A stretch of DNA of 64,000 nt from Phoronis australis (Eukaryota; Animalia; Phoronida). Location of the stretch: NCBI GenBank assembly GCA_002633005.1, contig NMRA01000003.1, positions 2,040,727 to 2,104,726 on the forward strand, given 5' to 3'. The position numbers and the translations under genes were made by a program. The notes beneath the pieces are model-generated. The model was not told the DNA's origin. It ran no database searches and saw only the letters and a list, made by a program, of their open reading frames with translations. Positions 11,811-24,054 of this stretch are shown in pieces; position 1 is the stretch's first letter, and each line of letters opens with the position of its first letter.

Positions 11811-12691
11811 GATGAAAGGTCTTTTTTTTACAATCTCTCAGAACATTTTCACGAACAAGTCTTTTCAAGGTTTTAGATTTAACGATAAAAAAGAAAGGTC
11901 CACTTTGAATTTATATAGCAAACAAGTGCAAGTATGCTAATTTCCAGTCTTATCCTCATCAAAAATGCTAAAGCATTATCACCCAGAAGAAAAAGTATAC
12001 ACGATGGATTTAGACTGCGGTCTAAAAACTAAAAAATGTAAATGCATCTAACAGGAAGCACTTATTTTTAAATTGCTTTTATTTTGCACAGGCACACAAA
12101 GTTCAAGACAGTAGACAGCTACTGGTAGGGGAGATTATTCTTGTGATTAGACAACTTCAACATTTTCTCGCTCAGTCATAACTAATACCAGGAAATCTCT
12201 TCCTGCTAATACAGTTGGCAGTCTATTAGTAAGTTGTTCTTGCTAAATATGAACTTGATTGCTGTGACGAGTGTGACGTCAACAGCCAGACTGTAAGCCT
12301 AAAGCTGCAAGCCCAAACCACAATATAACAGTCACGCACGTGGAGTGTTACGCATGATTGCGCTTGAAAGAGATAAGAGTAAAAATTCTTTAACTTGAAA
12401 CCAAAAAGTGATAAAATCTTCGTTTTTGAACTTTTCAAGAGCATACGAGAATGTTGAAAATGTTTAAAATTTTATCAATGTAGTTTGGTGACCTTATACA
12501 AACCATGCTAACAATGACGAAGTATGATTTATTGAAAGTAATAATTTTGTTTAATGAAATTCCACGTGTTCACACTGTTAGGTCTAACTGATGAATTTTT
12601 ACTCATTAACTGGAGTTTGTGATATAGAATTTCCAATACTACTATGAAATTTTCATGAGGTCCAATTCGCACCCGAACTGCCAAATGGTAT

Positions 12692-12749
12692 CTGGTAGAA
12701 TTTTAGGGGGGGAGGGGGCATGGCCCCCTTGCCCTTAAATCCGCCACTG
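12692..12749. mobile_element. Short remnant of the CAGTGGCGGAT family
   Basis: TTTAGGGGGGGAGGGGGCATGGCCCCC...TAAATCCGCCACTG. Confidence 0.6.
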
Positions 12750-13210
12750 ATAGCTACAGGAACTGCTAAATTGCATCAAAAATTTTTTAGAGTCATGATC
12801 GGGCAAACATCTCAAACACTCATTAAGTTCACTAGGTGCCAGGAACAAATGAGCTTTTAATAACAATGACCATTATTTAGTAGGAATGTGACAGGGCCAT
12901 GGATGAATGCATGACTTTTATTCTGGGATACTGACGTGTTAACAGGTTTAAACAATTCATACAATACTTCAAATTTAACCTTGATGCGCGTATCTCGGGC
13001 CTTCTGTTTGTAAAGATCGGGACTTCGGGGTTTGCGTCCACCAGTAGCGGTACCGAAATGACAAATGTAGCCGGACTTCGAAGTACACAACGTGCCCCAG
13101 TCGACGTAACTTCCCATTTCCATAGATTACAGTTTCAAACATTTACCACGGAAACCGACACCGGCATGTATTATTTTTCATCGTGTTCTTTGGTAATCAA
13201 CTGTAACAAT

Positions 13211-13280
13211 CATGGGTGGCGCAGCACTGAAAAAGTGGGGGGGCTATGCCCCCCCAGCCCCCTATGGTGCGCCGCCAATG
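13211..13280 (+). mobile_element. 70-bp mini-MITE with a 5-bp TSD
   Basis: TIRs CATGGGTGGCGCA/TGCGCCGCCAATG; TSD ACAAT at 13206-13210 and 13281-13285. Confidence 0.9.
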
Positions 13281-13346
13281 ACAATAGCGTAATATGCAAC
13301 TTGCTCTGCCATGCACGAGCGTATGTGCCAGGTGAAACATGAACAC

Positions 13347-13372
13347 CATAGACATAGTATAAGATGTCTATG
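13347..13372. mobile_element. 26-bp palindromic micro-element with an 8-bp TSD
   Basis: CATAGACAT-8nt-ATGTCTATG flanked by ATGAACAC at 13339-13346 and 13373-13380. Confidence 0.8.
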
Positions 13373-13452
13373 ATGAACACGCTGACGGAGGCGGAGCGCC
13401 ACCAGGCGAAATCGAATGAATAAGGGATTATGACGACAGAAACAGCTAGACC

Positions 13453-13482
13453 CATAGACATCACGGTATTAAAATGTCTATG
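13453..13482. mobile_element. 30-bp palindromic micro-element with an 8-bp TSD (1 mismatch)
   Basis: CATAGACAT-12nt-ATGTCTATG flanked by GCTAGACC / GCTACACC. Confidence 0.75.
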
Positions 13483-14267
13483 GCTACACCACAGACAGAA
13501 ATGCTCACGTAACCAATGACGATACAGGGAACAACTTAGAAGACCGCACAATCGCTATCGATACTGTCAAGAACATCGACAGTGCCGACAACACCGGGGC
13601 CTAAAATGTCATTTCCAACACTGTTGGCAATGCTAACACGCCACAACAATCATGAAGCCCCAAAACATTGACGGCGTCGCTATGCAACCGCCACCAAAAA
13701 ATACGCCAACCCCACTGACGACAATCACGCCACCCGGCAGTATTTTTAGCGTCACCGGGCAGTTGATTTCAGCGACAGACAACGAGTTTTGTGGCTCTAG
13801 TCATAGCCAATAACTTCAAAAAGTCTACCCCGTCCAAAAATAATTCAAAATTGCGGTTTCGACCGTAAAAACGATAATGTCTCTTTAAATAGTCGTGAAC
13901 AATCGTCTGCTATTTGTACGAAACTCCATCTCGGTCTATATTCTATGGCCAACTCTACTTGAAGAACGCACTGTATGCTAGAGACATCTAGTGGGCGCGC
14001 TTTATCACGTGATCATCATGTAATAACCATTTTGTGGCGACATCTCTTTGTGAATAAAAAAACTAAAAATCGTACCTGAATCCAGCATTCGGCAGTTCTT
14101 ATCAGAACTATTTCGAAAACAGGGAAAACGAGTGGGAATCGACTAAGCGTTGAAGTCTGAGTAGCATCTCCGTAGACCAAAATAAGGCTAGTCTCTGCCC
14201 GTTCCCAACTTTTCATTGACTGAATTCGAGCGGGGCGCTCTGAAAACGACTTCATACTTGACTTCAA

Positions 14268-14605
14268 GTAAAGCGGTGACAAACCCTGATTCCGTTGAAG
14301 AAACTGACTTTTGATTTAGACCATTTACCGCTATGAAGTTGGCCTCAACTTTTTACTCACTCAGATGAGAAGCAATTTTGGTCCTTGCGAAGAATTATTA
14401 GTCGAGATCATGTTCGGTGAATAAATTGACATGCCTTGACAACTCAACTTGTAGGGCCAGGTCTCAAGTGACGACAAGATGTCAGTTCCTTCTAATCCCA
14501 GAAATCACAAATCACAATTTTTGGGCAATTTGAGTCCAGTTTCATAACGGTAGGTGGTCTACAACGAAAGTTGTTTTTTTTCTAACGCAAGGCGGCGTTA
14601 TAACA
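14268..14605. mobile_element. MITE family A, copy 2
   Basis: GAAGAAACTGACTTTTGATTTAGACCATTTACCG ... CGGTAGGTGGTCTAC inverted termini; similar to 845-1180. Confidence 0.6.
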
Positions 14606-16759
14606 GAACAAGTACTCTTTTGGAACGTAAGAAAATAATGAACTGATAAACACAGTGACAAGCTCATTGATTTGTAAGTTTGATCATCCAATTAGCTATA
14701 ACGCTATTGATTAGAACTTGGTCAACGTTTCATCGTGGATGCACCGTAAACAAAAAACGAATACATCCTAAAAATAAATAAAACGTCACTAGACGAAGTG
14801 AAATTTCGAAAATATTTTGATTGGTTAGCATTAAGGCCCTGTCACGTCAAAGTTGCTCTCGCTACATTCTGAAGAATGTTGACATCATAAACGTAACTGA
14901 ATTAACGTTGTGAACTCACGATACGATCTGAGTAAGAACCCTATTTACCGTGTCACATTCAATCCATGTTTTGGCGAATGTTGCCCGTTTTCACCAGTCC
15001 TCAGTGCGTTTGATCAAGATACTAGGACGCGGTCGGAGTCGGCCGTTGTTCCAGAACGGGGTTTAGCGTTAGCAACTCTATACCATTCTTTCAAGAACGC
15101 TCTTAGGAAACAGTTTCTAGAAGACATATTGAAGTTCCAAAATCACTTCTCTGTTATGCTTATTAACCCAATTCCCAAACTCATCATCTTGCCATGAAAA
15201 CGCAATGTCAGAAATGTTTCCTTCCAGGTCTCGGTGGATTAGGATCCTTACTGCCACCGGCTAAGCTGTCAATCAAACACCAGTTTGAGTGACACATTCC
15301 GCGGTTCCTTTGAAGACAAATAAGCCGATTTCGGTACGTCAACCGCATTGTCGACCGATCAAGTGAGGGGCTGGGCAAAACAAATACACATTCTTGTTAA
15401 CTTTACGCGTAAGGTCGCAATACATTTACCGATCTCGATTGGTTTACGATTTCATGTTTGAAGGAAGCGGTAAACATCAAAGGCGAAACAGGCAGCGCTC
15501 AAGTGTAGGTCGATGTGTATTGGAATTGAACACCCCCGTCTCACACTTGCCAGCAAAGCCGTCAATGTTTGTGAGTTCGTCTCACGACGTCGGACACCCA
15601 ATAGTATAAATCGCATTTGCAAAACAGTATCAACAGAGTATACAACTGTAACACGAATAGGAGGAAACACAGACTACTACTTTTATTGGTCAAGTTTTTT
15701 TTTGCATTGAAATGGCCTAATCCTGTACTAGTCACCAAGACATTCTTGATATTAATAAAAAGCATTTCATGTGGAACGATAAAACATCAACCGAAATCTT
15801 TGTTCGTGGAAGAACTCAGTCACAGTGTACTAGTTAGATCCCACAGCCGATAAGGGGTTCACGAGTGCTTAAATTCATGTGAACGAAAAAAGTTGAAAAC
15901 TCGCGCACATAGGCCTCATGGTTCACGAAGCCGAGACCGTAAGAACAGCTTTAGTACGAGTCACGAGTCGTAGCTTTTATACGCCTATCTAAACGCTTCA
16001 TCAACAGTCCTAAACGATTTAAAACTCAAAATCTGAATGTTTCGACTTCGAGTATCTCTCGATAATACTTGCGTGTGGCCTAAGGTCCATAAATACCTTC
16101 ACGACGCTATAAGTATCAGAAGACAAATGAAAAAATGAGAACCCACTTCAATGGAGACAGCTCTAAATAAACCCGCAGGGCATTACAAAATTTCAGCTCT
16201 GACTGGAGTTAAGCTGAACACGGCAGTCTGAATTACTGACGCGCATTTGGAAACTATCGAGAAAAATACCTTCATGCAAGCAGTTTTTTACACAAATTAT
16301 CTGACAGACATAAGCAATAAAACGCCAAGAAGCAGGACATTCCCCTCAGAAGTAGCCGCGTAATTGTTAAACATGTCAACATGACGATGTCAATTCTTTC
16401 AACACGTCAAATCGAATCTGTTTTCAAACACCCCAGCCTGTTGGAGATTGATCGATAAGGTTTCCCCATAATCGCGTTATTCCTTTGATCTTCCGCAATG
16501 TCGCACACACAGCTATTAACGGCTAACAACGTTCATTTATGGTGTGTAAACCACATTCTTAGCGGAGAGGATTCACTGAAAGCCGTCTTCATGCTATCTG
16601 GGCATTTTGAAAAAGACAACTTTTGTTCTGGTTGTCCACGGCTGTGTTGAGCGCAAATTAGGTCTAGTCACAGCGATTAGTATTAACCATTCAACATGTT
16701 TTATCCTTTATTTGCTTCTTTGAGACTGTATACATTAGCAACAAAAGGTGATATAAATC

Positions 16760-17050
16760 AAGTTTGATTGACAGGAAAGCCTAGTGAATGATTGATTAAA
16801 GTCTATGCCTGGCGGCTGGATGTGAGCCAATGCAAGACCCAGAAAACGCCAACCATTGGCTGTCAGTAATAACACGCCTATCCATCACTGGCAGACGTTT
16901 AATCGAGCTGACGTCACACAGAGAAAATCCACCAATCGCAGCGTGTAATCACTCTTAATTTATGATCTGATTGGAGGGCGGCACTAGGCTTTCATGTATG
17001 TGGTAATTCACAAGTGTTGTCGGTAAATTTATGTTTTCAGTGCTGTCTAG
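16760..17050 (+). promoter_or_regulatory. Proximal promoter of the NET gene
   Basis: TGATTGACAG (PBX-PREP/MEIS decamer) at 16765-16774; TGATTGAT at ~16789; CCAAT/ATTGG at 16827, 16855, 16932 and 16970; CRE TGACGTCA at 16909-16916; all within ~430 bp of the ATG. Confidence 0.65.
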
Positions 17051-17187
17051 CTGTGCGGCACGTCAGAATAAACTTGTGTGGCGTGCCTGCTGAACCGTCA
17101 GTCGGCGAAGAGCGATTTGTGTATTAGCTTGTGTGCGTAGACTGTGTTGCCTTCCAAACTATAGTAGCGCCCGTATAACGTGAAAGA

Positions 17188-17250
17188 ATGCTTACTACGA
17201 GCAACTACAAGTATTTACAGCCGGATTATTTACAGCCATTGCCCACAACA
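17188..17250 (+). CDS. ZNF503: NET-family zinc-finger protein (ZNF503/ZNF703, Noc/Elbow-like), coding exon 1
   Basis: ATG at 17188; MLTTSNYKYLQPDYLQPLPTT contains the conserved L.PDYLQPLP.T N-terminus; gtaagt donor at 17251, phase 0; missed by the ORF track. Confidence 0.93.
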
Positions 17251-17438
17251 GTAAGTACTTGAAAATTTATTTCTTGTTTTTTATAACTGTGTGTTTGGAG
17301 GGCATTCAACGACACATTCCTTCTCTACGAAGTGATACGACATTAAAGCAGTGCCAACAAATCGTAATGAGAATGTATGATAAATGAGATGTGACGCCTC
17401 CGTAGTCTGTAAATTTTCAAATAATTATTTTTTTTCAG

Positions 17439-18833
17439 CTGGACGCCAAGAAAAGTCCTTTGGCACTTCTTGCGCAGACATGCAGCAGCATAGGAAAGGA
17501 CATTCCGTCTAAACCAATAATTCCTCCCTTGGAAAAGAAAACGGAGAGTAGAACGTCGCCACGCAAATCCCCTCATTCAGAAGAATCTGCGAGACCCACA
17601 TCGACAGAGGCCAGTAAAACGCCTATATTGGAAACGAAACCTAAAAGGGATCGCGCCGTACCCAAAGACATACCGCCTCTTGTTCCTATTTCAAAATCGA
17701 CGTCTAAGTCCCCATCACTTCCAAGTAGGTCCAGCCCAAACGAAACGAGGAGTTCGCCCTCGAATACATCCCGGTCAAGCAATCAGACAACTACAACACA
17801 GGACAATGTTCGAGGGAGCAGCGACCAAGATTCTGTTTCGCGCTCCAGCGTCAGCACAACCCAAGTTACCGGAACAGTTGCCACAGCTAGACCATTCGAC
17901 CCCCCTTCGAACGTGTCAGCAGGATCATTCGTTCACCCTGGATATTATCCGCATCTGTTTGGTCATTTGCCCTTGGACCCTGCCGCTTTAGCTACTAACC
18001 CTGCCTACGCGGGACTCAGTGCGCATACTTTAGCAAGTTTACACTCGGCAGCTTCGCTGAAAAGTGGAGCACCCACATCCCCGGGTACAGCGGCTGCACT
18101 CAACCCGTACGTGTCATATGCCCGGGTAAAAACTGCATCGGGAGGAACGAATTTAGTGCCAATATGCCGGGACCCTTACTGTACTACTTGTCAAATGAGT
18201 GTTCATACTGCTCAAATGGCTCCCAACACCTGTACTGCCGCATGTACTGAATGCAATCACCAGAAATCGTTATACCCTGGACTACCAACTTCTGCTGCTT
18301 CGGGAATTGAACGACACTTACAGTCACAATTGTTGACAGGACTACTACCGGGCTACATCCCGGGTCTCGGACTACCGTCTTTGTATCCACACTTAGCCGC
18401 CCCGACAACGCCGGCAAGCCATCAGGCAAGCGTCCCTCACGTATGTAACTGGGTATCCGGCACCGAATATTGCGGTAAGCGTTTTAGTTCACCCGAAGAA
18501 CTATTACAACACTTGCGTACCCACACTTCCACTTCTGACGTGGCACCGCCCTCCATACCTGGCCTTCCGGCGTTCAATTTACAACCAACTAGTATTCCAC
18601 AGTCTCCGTACGTGCCATCTTCATCGCTGAGCCCCAACTCACTGAGAAGGGCGTACCCGTCAAGCCTGAGTCCAATATCCAGTTCAAGGTACCACCCGTA
18701 TGCCAAACCTGGTTCTGTACCGGGAATACCTAGTGCCTCAGTACCCAGTCTGCCCCTTCAAACATTAGGGGCTTATTACTCCCCTTACGCTGCACTATAC
18801 GGTTCGCGACTTGGACCCACTGTAGCACCGTGA
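17439..18833 (+). CDS. ZNF503: NET-family zinc-finger protein, coding exon 2 (485 aa total)
   Basis: tttttcag acceptor ending at 17438; Sp motif LDAKKSPLALLAQTCSSIG, Btd box CRDPYC, single C2H2 finger CNWVSGTEYCGKRFSSPEELLQHLRTH, RYHPY and C-terminal YYSPYAALYGSRLG; probably co-orthologous to vertebrate ZNF503 and ZNF703. Confidence 0.96.
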   Translation: MDAKKSPLALLAQTCSSIGKDIPSKPIIPPLEKKTESRTSPRKSPHSEESARPTSTEASKTPILETKPKRDRAVPKDIPPLVPISKSTSKSPSLPSRSSPNETRSSPSNTSRSSNQTTTTQDNVRGSSDQDSVSRSSVSTTQVTGTVATARPFDPPSNVSAGSFVHPGYYPHLFGHLPLDPAALATNPAYAGLSAHTLASLHSAASLKSGAPTSPGTAAALNPYVSYARVKTASGGTNLVPICRDPYCTTCQMSVHTAQMAPNTCTAACTECNHQKSLYPGLPTSAASGIERHLQSQLLTGLLPGYIPGLGLPSLYPHLAAPTTPASHQASVPHVCNWVSGTEYCGKRFSSPEELLQHLRTHTSTSDVAPPSIPGLPAFNLQPTSIPQSPYVPSSSLSPNSLRRAYPSSLSPISSSRYHPYAKPGSVPGIPSASVPSLPLQTLGAYYSPYAALYGSRLGPTVAP

Positions 18834-19330
18834 TCAGAGTTGGAACTCTTGCAGGTTTCCCATGAAGTTTTTTTTTCGACAGTGTTCATGTCATAATAAA
18901 GATTGATAAATTATGACTGCAACATTTGACATTTGAACAGAAAGCGTTTAACTTATGCCCGATTGGATGTTGTTAATTCCAAGCAAGTTCTTGCCATAAT
19001 TTGACAGGAAAGAAAACACTTTTCTTGATAGACAGCACGAACAGTTAATCTCTTTACTTGGTTGATGGAACACGCCAAGTTTTAAACCTTATCCAAACAA
19101 TTTAAGCAGGATTAAGATTTTGCTCAGCACCACAGACAAAACGCGCGGGGCGTTGTTAATTTGCTCGAGAGTGCAAGATTTTTACCCAAAGGAAATTGGC
19201 TCGCCTTACTCCTTTCGAAGACTTGCTTTAAGCCAAAACATTGGCGGTTTTATACAATTTCCTTGTACCGAGGAGGCAATTAAAGTCGTTTGTAAGATTG
19301 ATCACTGTATGTTATTCTATACAAAGATTT

Positions 19331-19336
19331 AATAAA
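19331..19336 (+). terminator. Likely polyadenylation signal of the NET gene
   Basis: AATAAA ~500 bp after the stop, followed by a T/GT-rich tract; a proximal AATAAA also lies at 18895-18900. Confidence 0.5.
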
Positions 19337-19779
19337 TATTTGTTAATTTCTAATTTAGTAAGTTTTGTTATGCTTATTGCCTTTAAATGTCAACTTTAAA
19401 AACAATGATTCACAGAAAAGCCGAGTGTGAAAGTAATTTGAATTTACTTTGATGTTTGACGTTTATAAAATGTGCATATTCGATATTATAAAGGTTCATA
19501 TAAAATGTATCTAAACAATACTTTTTTTGTTTTTACCCGGACAGAGAATACCTATATGAGTGGAAACATATTAATGTTGAAACGCATAGTAAACCACAGA
19601 AGTAAAAGTTTTCTCCTATCTATTTTTTTAGAAAAGTAAAGTCCAGTATCATTCAACTGGCGGTCATTTTGTTGGGGCAAGACCGAAGTAAAAAATTAAA
19701 CTAAAATTCGTTAGGCCCGTTCATGTCAGTCTTCTTGTGAAACCNCCAACTTACTGGACTGAACAAAGCTAAAATTACG

Positions 19780-20050
19780 CATTTTTGCGTTCATGCACTG
19801 GGGTTTAAAATATCACCACACCACTCACCCGGCCTTGAATTGTTGCCAAATGAACCCGCACATGCGCTATTTCAGAATTTTAGGTCTGGCCAACCCTAAA
19901 AAACTTTGAAACATTTTCTTGATCTTCTTGTTGGTAACAAAAATTAAGTCCTATCATGGTAAGGAATATGAGACATAGTTTATCCGCTTAAGGGGATTAA
20001 TTCATATTTCAATTTTGGCAACTAAATTCTGCGGAAATGCAGTTTTAACC
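19780..20050. repeat. Dispersed repeat family B copy
   Basis: GGCCAACCCTAAAAA..CTATCATGGTAAGGAATATGAGAC similar to 5960-6210. Confidence 0.5.
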
Positions 20051-21240
20051 AATGTTTATCATTCAAAATAATATACTCGTACCGAAAGAGCTTCATAAGG
20101 GAATAAGCTTGGACTAAACAGATTTTCGTCGAAGATCGTTTGACGAAGTTTTTAATGAAAATGAAATGCAGAGTATTCCTAAGTTCAGGAAAAGTTAACG
20201 TGCGGGTCACAAAATGCACTCGTGGAGCGTAGTTACCACCGCCTGCGCTGTGACCATGAAACGCAGTTTAGTCGTCTGCTCTAGGTAAATATTCAAACCA
20301 CGTTCAAAGGTACCCAACCATGAGCAATTTTGGCTTTCTGTAAACTTGAGACAAAACAAAACAATTATTATGCTTTATTTGAGCACATTCTCAACTAAAC
20401 AATGAAACAATTTTAAGCAACCTTGCAGAAACAAGAGAAATTTCAAGTAACCTGATTCACTTATTGTTAGACTACTTCAGTTATGACAACCCGAGTCGAG
20501 CCAAAGCGCCTCTCCCAGGTGACGAAAGCAACATGTCAATATGATGTCCTCTGAGAGTTAGCAATGAACTGAGCGGCTGTGAACGAGCTGACAGTCACAC
20601 ATATGCCAGTTGGTTGTGTCAGGACGAGTCACATTTCAGAGTTGGCACATCCTTGTGTACATTGATTGACTGAAATTAGGAGAAATATATTAAACGAGTT
20701 ATCAATGAACAACAGTAATCGATTTCCCGTAAATAGGCCAATTTATCAGGCTACAAACACGCGAGATTGTTGTCGTGATTCGAAACTACCACCTGTCAGG
20801 ACGAGATGCAGCGAAATAACCTAATAAAGTCGTCGCGGCAGTTCAAGGCTGACAGATAGCTGTGTTCCGTTAGCAGGGCACAGTGGCGGTTATAAAGACA
20901 GAGCGGGTGGGGGTAGCATGTCACAAAATGACAGCACTACCAGCGCATAGAATTGCTCCTTAAAAATGTCTTACGAAGTGACCTGTCACATTACATCGAC
21001 TGTTTTTGCGTTCTTGTCATATAATTAAAACTATGTAAAACCGTGAAAATTAAAAACACAAAATTCGTTTCATTTTGGAAACGAATGTTGTTAAACCGTA
21101 AATGACGCCGTAATTGCGAACAGGAAACATTCTTCGCTGCATGAAATTCTTTGAAAGTGATTAAAACATGTCTGAGATGAATGTTTAGGGGTTAAATAAT
21201 GTCAGAGATGAATGTTGAGGGGTTAAATATCAATTATATG

Positions 21241-21480
21241 ACAGACAATTTTACAATATGGCTACTGCAGATTATTTTACAATATGGCTACTACAAACTA
21301 TCGGTATTTTACAATATGTCTACTTTAGACTATTTTAGAATATCTACTATAGACTATTTTACAATATGTTTACTACAGACTATTTTACAACATGTCTAGT
21401 ATGGACTATTTTGCAATACGTCTACTACACACTATTTTAGAATATGGCCGCTTCAGGCCGTTTCGCATCATGTTTACTAC
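21241..21480. repeat. ~26-bp minisatellite, ~9 diverged copies
   Basis: Consensus ACAGACTATTTTACAATATGTCTACT; preceded by a ~31-bp duplication at ~21168-21228. Confidence 0.9.
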
Positions 21481-24054
21481 AATGAGAAGAATCACTGATC
21501 AAGTTCGATCACATTGAGGGAATGCAAGTCACGTAAAAACAACAATTTGACATTTTTAAACAATGAACATCAAGTATTTTTGGATAATTACGCATAAAAT
21601 GAAGAAAAAGGGCGAGCCATGGGGCCTTTTAATAAAAGAATTCCCCCTCAGTAGCAATACAAAGCAACAGTGGGAAATGTTTAAGCAAAATTATTGTCAA
21701 AGGTATGTTGTAATTTGCACGTATGGTCGCGCTAACTACCGGCTGTCTACTCATCACAAGGAAAGTTAATGTTGCGTTGCGAAGACATTTTGATTATGAC
21801 GACATCAAGAAGACCAGTAATTCTGTAGACAGGGTAATGATCGAGTGCACTTGTGTTACGACACTCTTACGACAAGCTTCAAAGAGATCAAAGCGCCATC
21901 AGACGGAATGTGGTCATCGGCCGGACAGAAATCAATCTAATTATGGGGTACCGTGACAGACAACTTCAATAAGAACATGTAGAAAGCAGCTCGCCCTTGG
22001 CAAACTGCGAACGCATAGTGAACGCCTAAGTTTAACTTCATAGCAATATTTTGCAGCGTGTTATCAACACAATGGCGAACTGTTGCGGAGAGCCATCATG
22101 ATGATACCTTTCGTTCATTACTCTAAAACCGGACTATATTCCGATAACCAAAAGTTACCAACCCATAAAAAATACGTTTCCAACACCCTCGTTAACCCGA
22201 AAAACTAATTGTTATTTTATCAGCAACTAAAACACTAGTTCCATCGCCAGGAGAATTTTACTTCAAACAGACGGGCGCAACGGCATCTGATAAGACCTTA
22301 AACTGGCCTCCCAGGCGCTTGGTTCAGGAACTGAGTAAGCGCCAATGCGGCCTCTTTGTACATATTTACATTAAGATAGATAACTTGTATTTTTAAAGAC
22401 AATCTATGAACGCTTGTTTGACAAGACGAGGGGGTTCGATTTGTAGAAACCGATAACCAGTCATTGAAACGACTAGAGACAGGTTTATTTGTTGAAATTA
22501 GTTTGGCGAGCTGCGAACGAAAAGTTATGAACCGGGAAATAATACAAACCAGAGAGAAATTGCACGCCTGATTATATCTAGTTATTGTAGACTATTTACT
22601 TAGAAAGCTCATGACATTTGCGAATCCCATTTTTAAAAACATGTTAACATTTGATTTCACATCTTATCTTCTGTAACATATCGATGGAGATTACTCAATA
22701 TTCATCCAATAGCGAAGATGTTCGGGTCATAAATTACGTTTACTTTGCTTGAAACAAGGACGGAAATGTGAACTTTTGTTGTGCTGGAAAACGGCAGAAG
22801 AGTTCACAACAATTGTAATTCTCATCATTTCAAAGACAAAATAAGATTTCACACCTTATGTACCAAACATACAATTTGTCTAAGCTGAGGTATTTTGATA
22901 ATTCTTCCTTTCATTAAGATTATTATGAGGGTGATTGAGTTGAACAATTTCTTCGTGAGGTGCCGCTTCGACCACGCAGGGATTGTTTCGATTGGGCACC
23001 TGCACAGGATTGTCAAGCTCTCAGTTTATCATTCACACGAATTAAATGCACTGAAGTCTTACAGGGGCACAGCATCCAGTAGTAATAAGCAAACGAACAA
23101 ACGTTCAACATCCATAAACTCCTCTGTGCTTGATTTATTTTGATAACTGGACGTTTTTCATTGTAAAAACAATCAGCGAAGTTTTTTCACGTGTTGCAAG
23201 CATCCCGTTATTCAACATAATCACATAGAAAATAACCGCCTGCTATTCTCAGCTTCTTCCTTTGATCCCCAATTTTGGAATCACACGTCCAGAAACAAGG
23301 GACCGTATGAATACAAAAGAAGGTAACGGCAATAGCGTACACGTGAATGCGTTCCTAGGCCTTAATGCAATCCGTTTTTCGCAGAACAAGAAAGCTACCA
23401 CGTGACTCGATGATGGGGCGTTACTAATCACAGAAAACGTCTCGAAATGGAACGTAAAAAATTCTAGAGATTTACGCTCATTCACTGCGCTCGTATTTAC
23501 ACAAATTTAAATGCTGCGAAACGGGAAAATTGCTATACGTAACTAAGTCAAGCATAGAAGAACGCAAAATGTGCAACCCAGGGAATGTTAATGGGTACTT
23601 GTCGAGATACTGAAATTGATTCCAATGGGTAATAAAAACAAGTGAAGTTTTACAAGTAGAACGAGTGCATGGCAGTGAAAATAACCGTAACATGAATGTC
23701 TGAAAATGCATTCTCATATTAGGCTATGACAGTTGTTAGGTTTCTTTGATACTCTGCAGAGAGTTCTGTAATAACGATTTAGCGAAGATGCTGGCGACAC
23801 CATATCGAATGCGGCGTCAAAAAGCACCACAACAACTTCCAGACTGAGCACTCAGATAAATGGCCATGTAGATAGAAAAATGGAAGCTTTTTTCGATTGT
23901 CTGGGAAATGTGTAGACAGTATTAATACAAAATGAAGACGCAACTGTCGGATTTCGACAGGGGTTGTGTTGTACAGATCACCAGCAGCGTTCACAAGTCA
24001 AACAATTCGTCATCCGAGACGAGATAAAAGAGAGCCCATGTGTACGGAGTGGTG

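Noticed and set aside
17460-17462. TTG start of the NET protein given by the ORF track
   Set aside because: It is an internal Leu of the Sp motif; the true start is ATG 17188 in an upstream exon
17343-18706. Antisense and alternate-frame ORFs overlapping the NET gene
   Set aside because: Shadows of a GC-richer coding exon with no independent features
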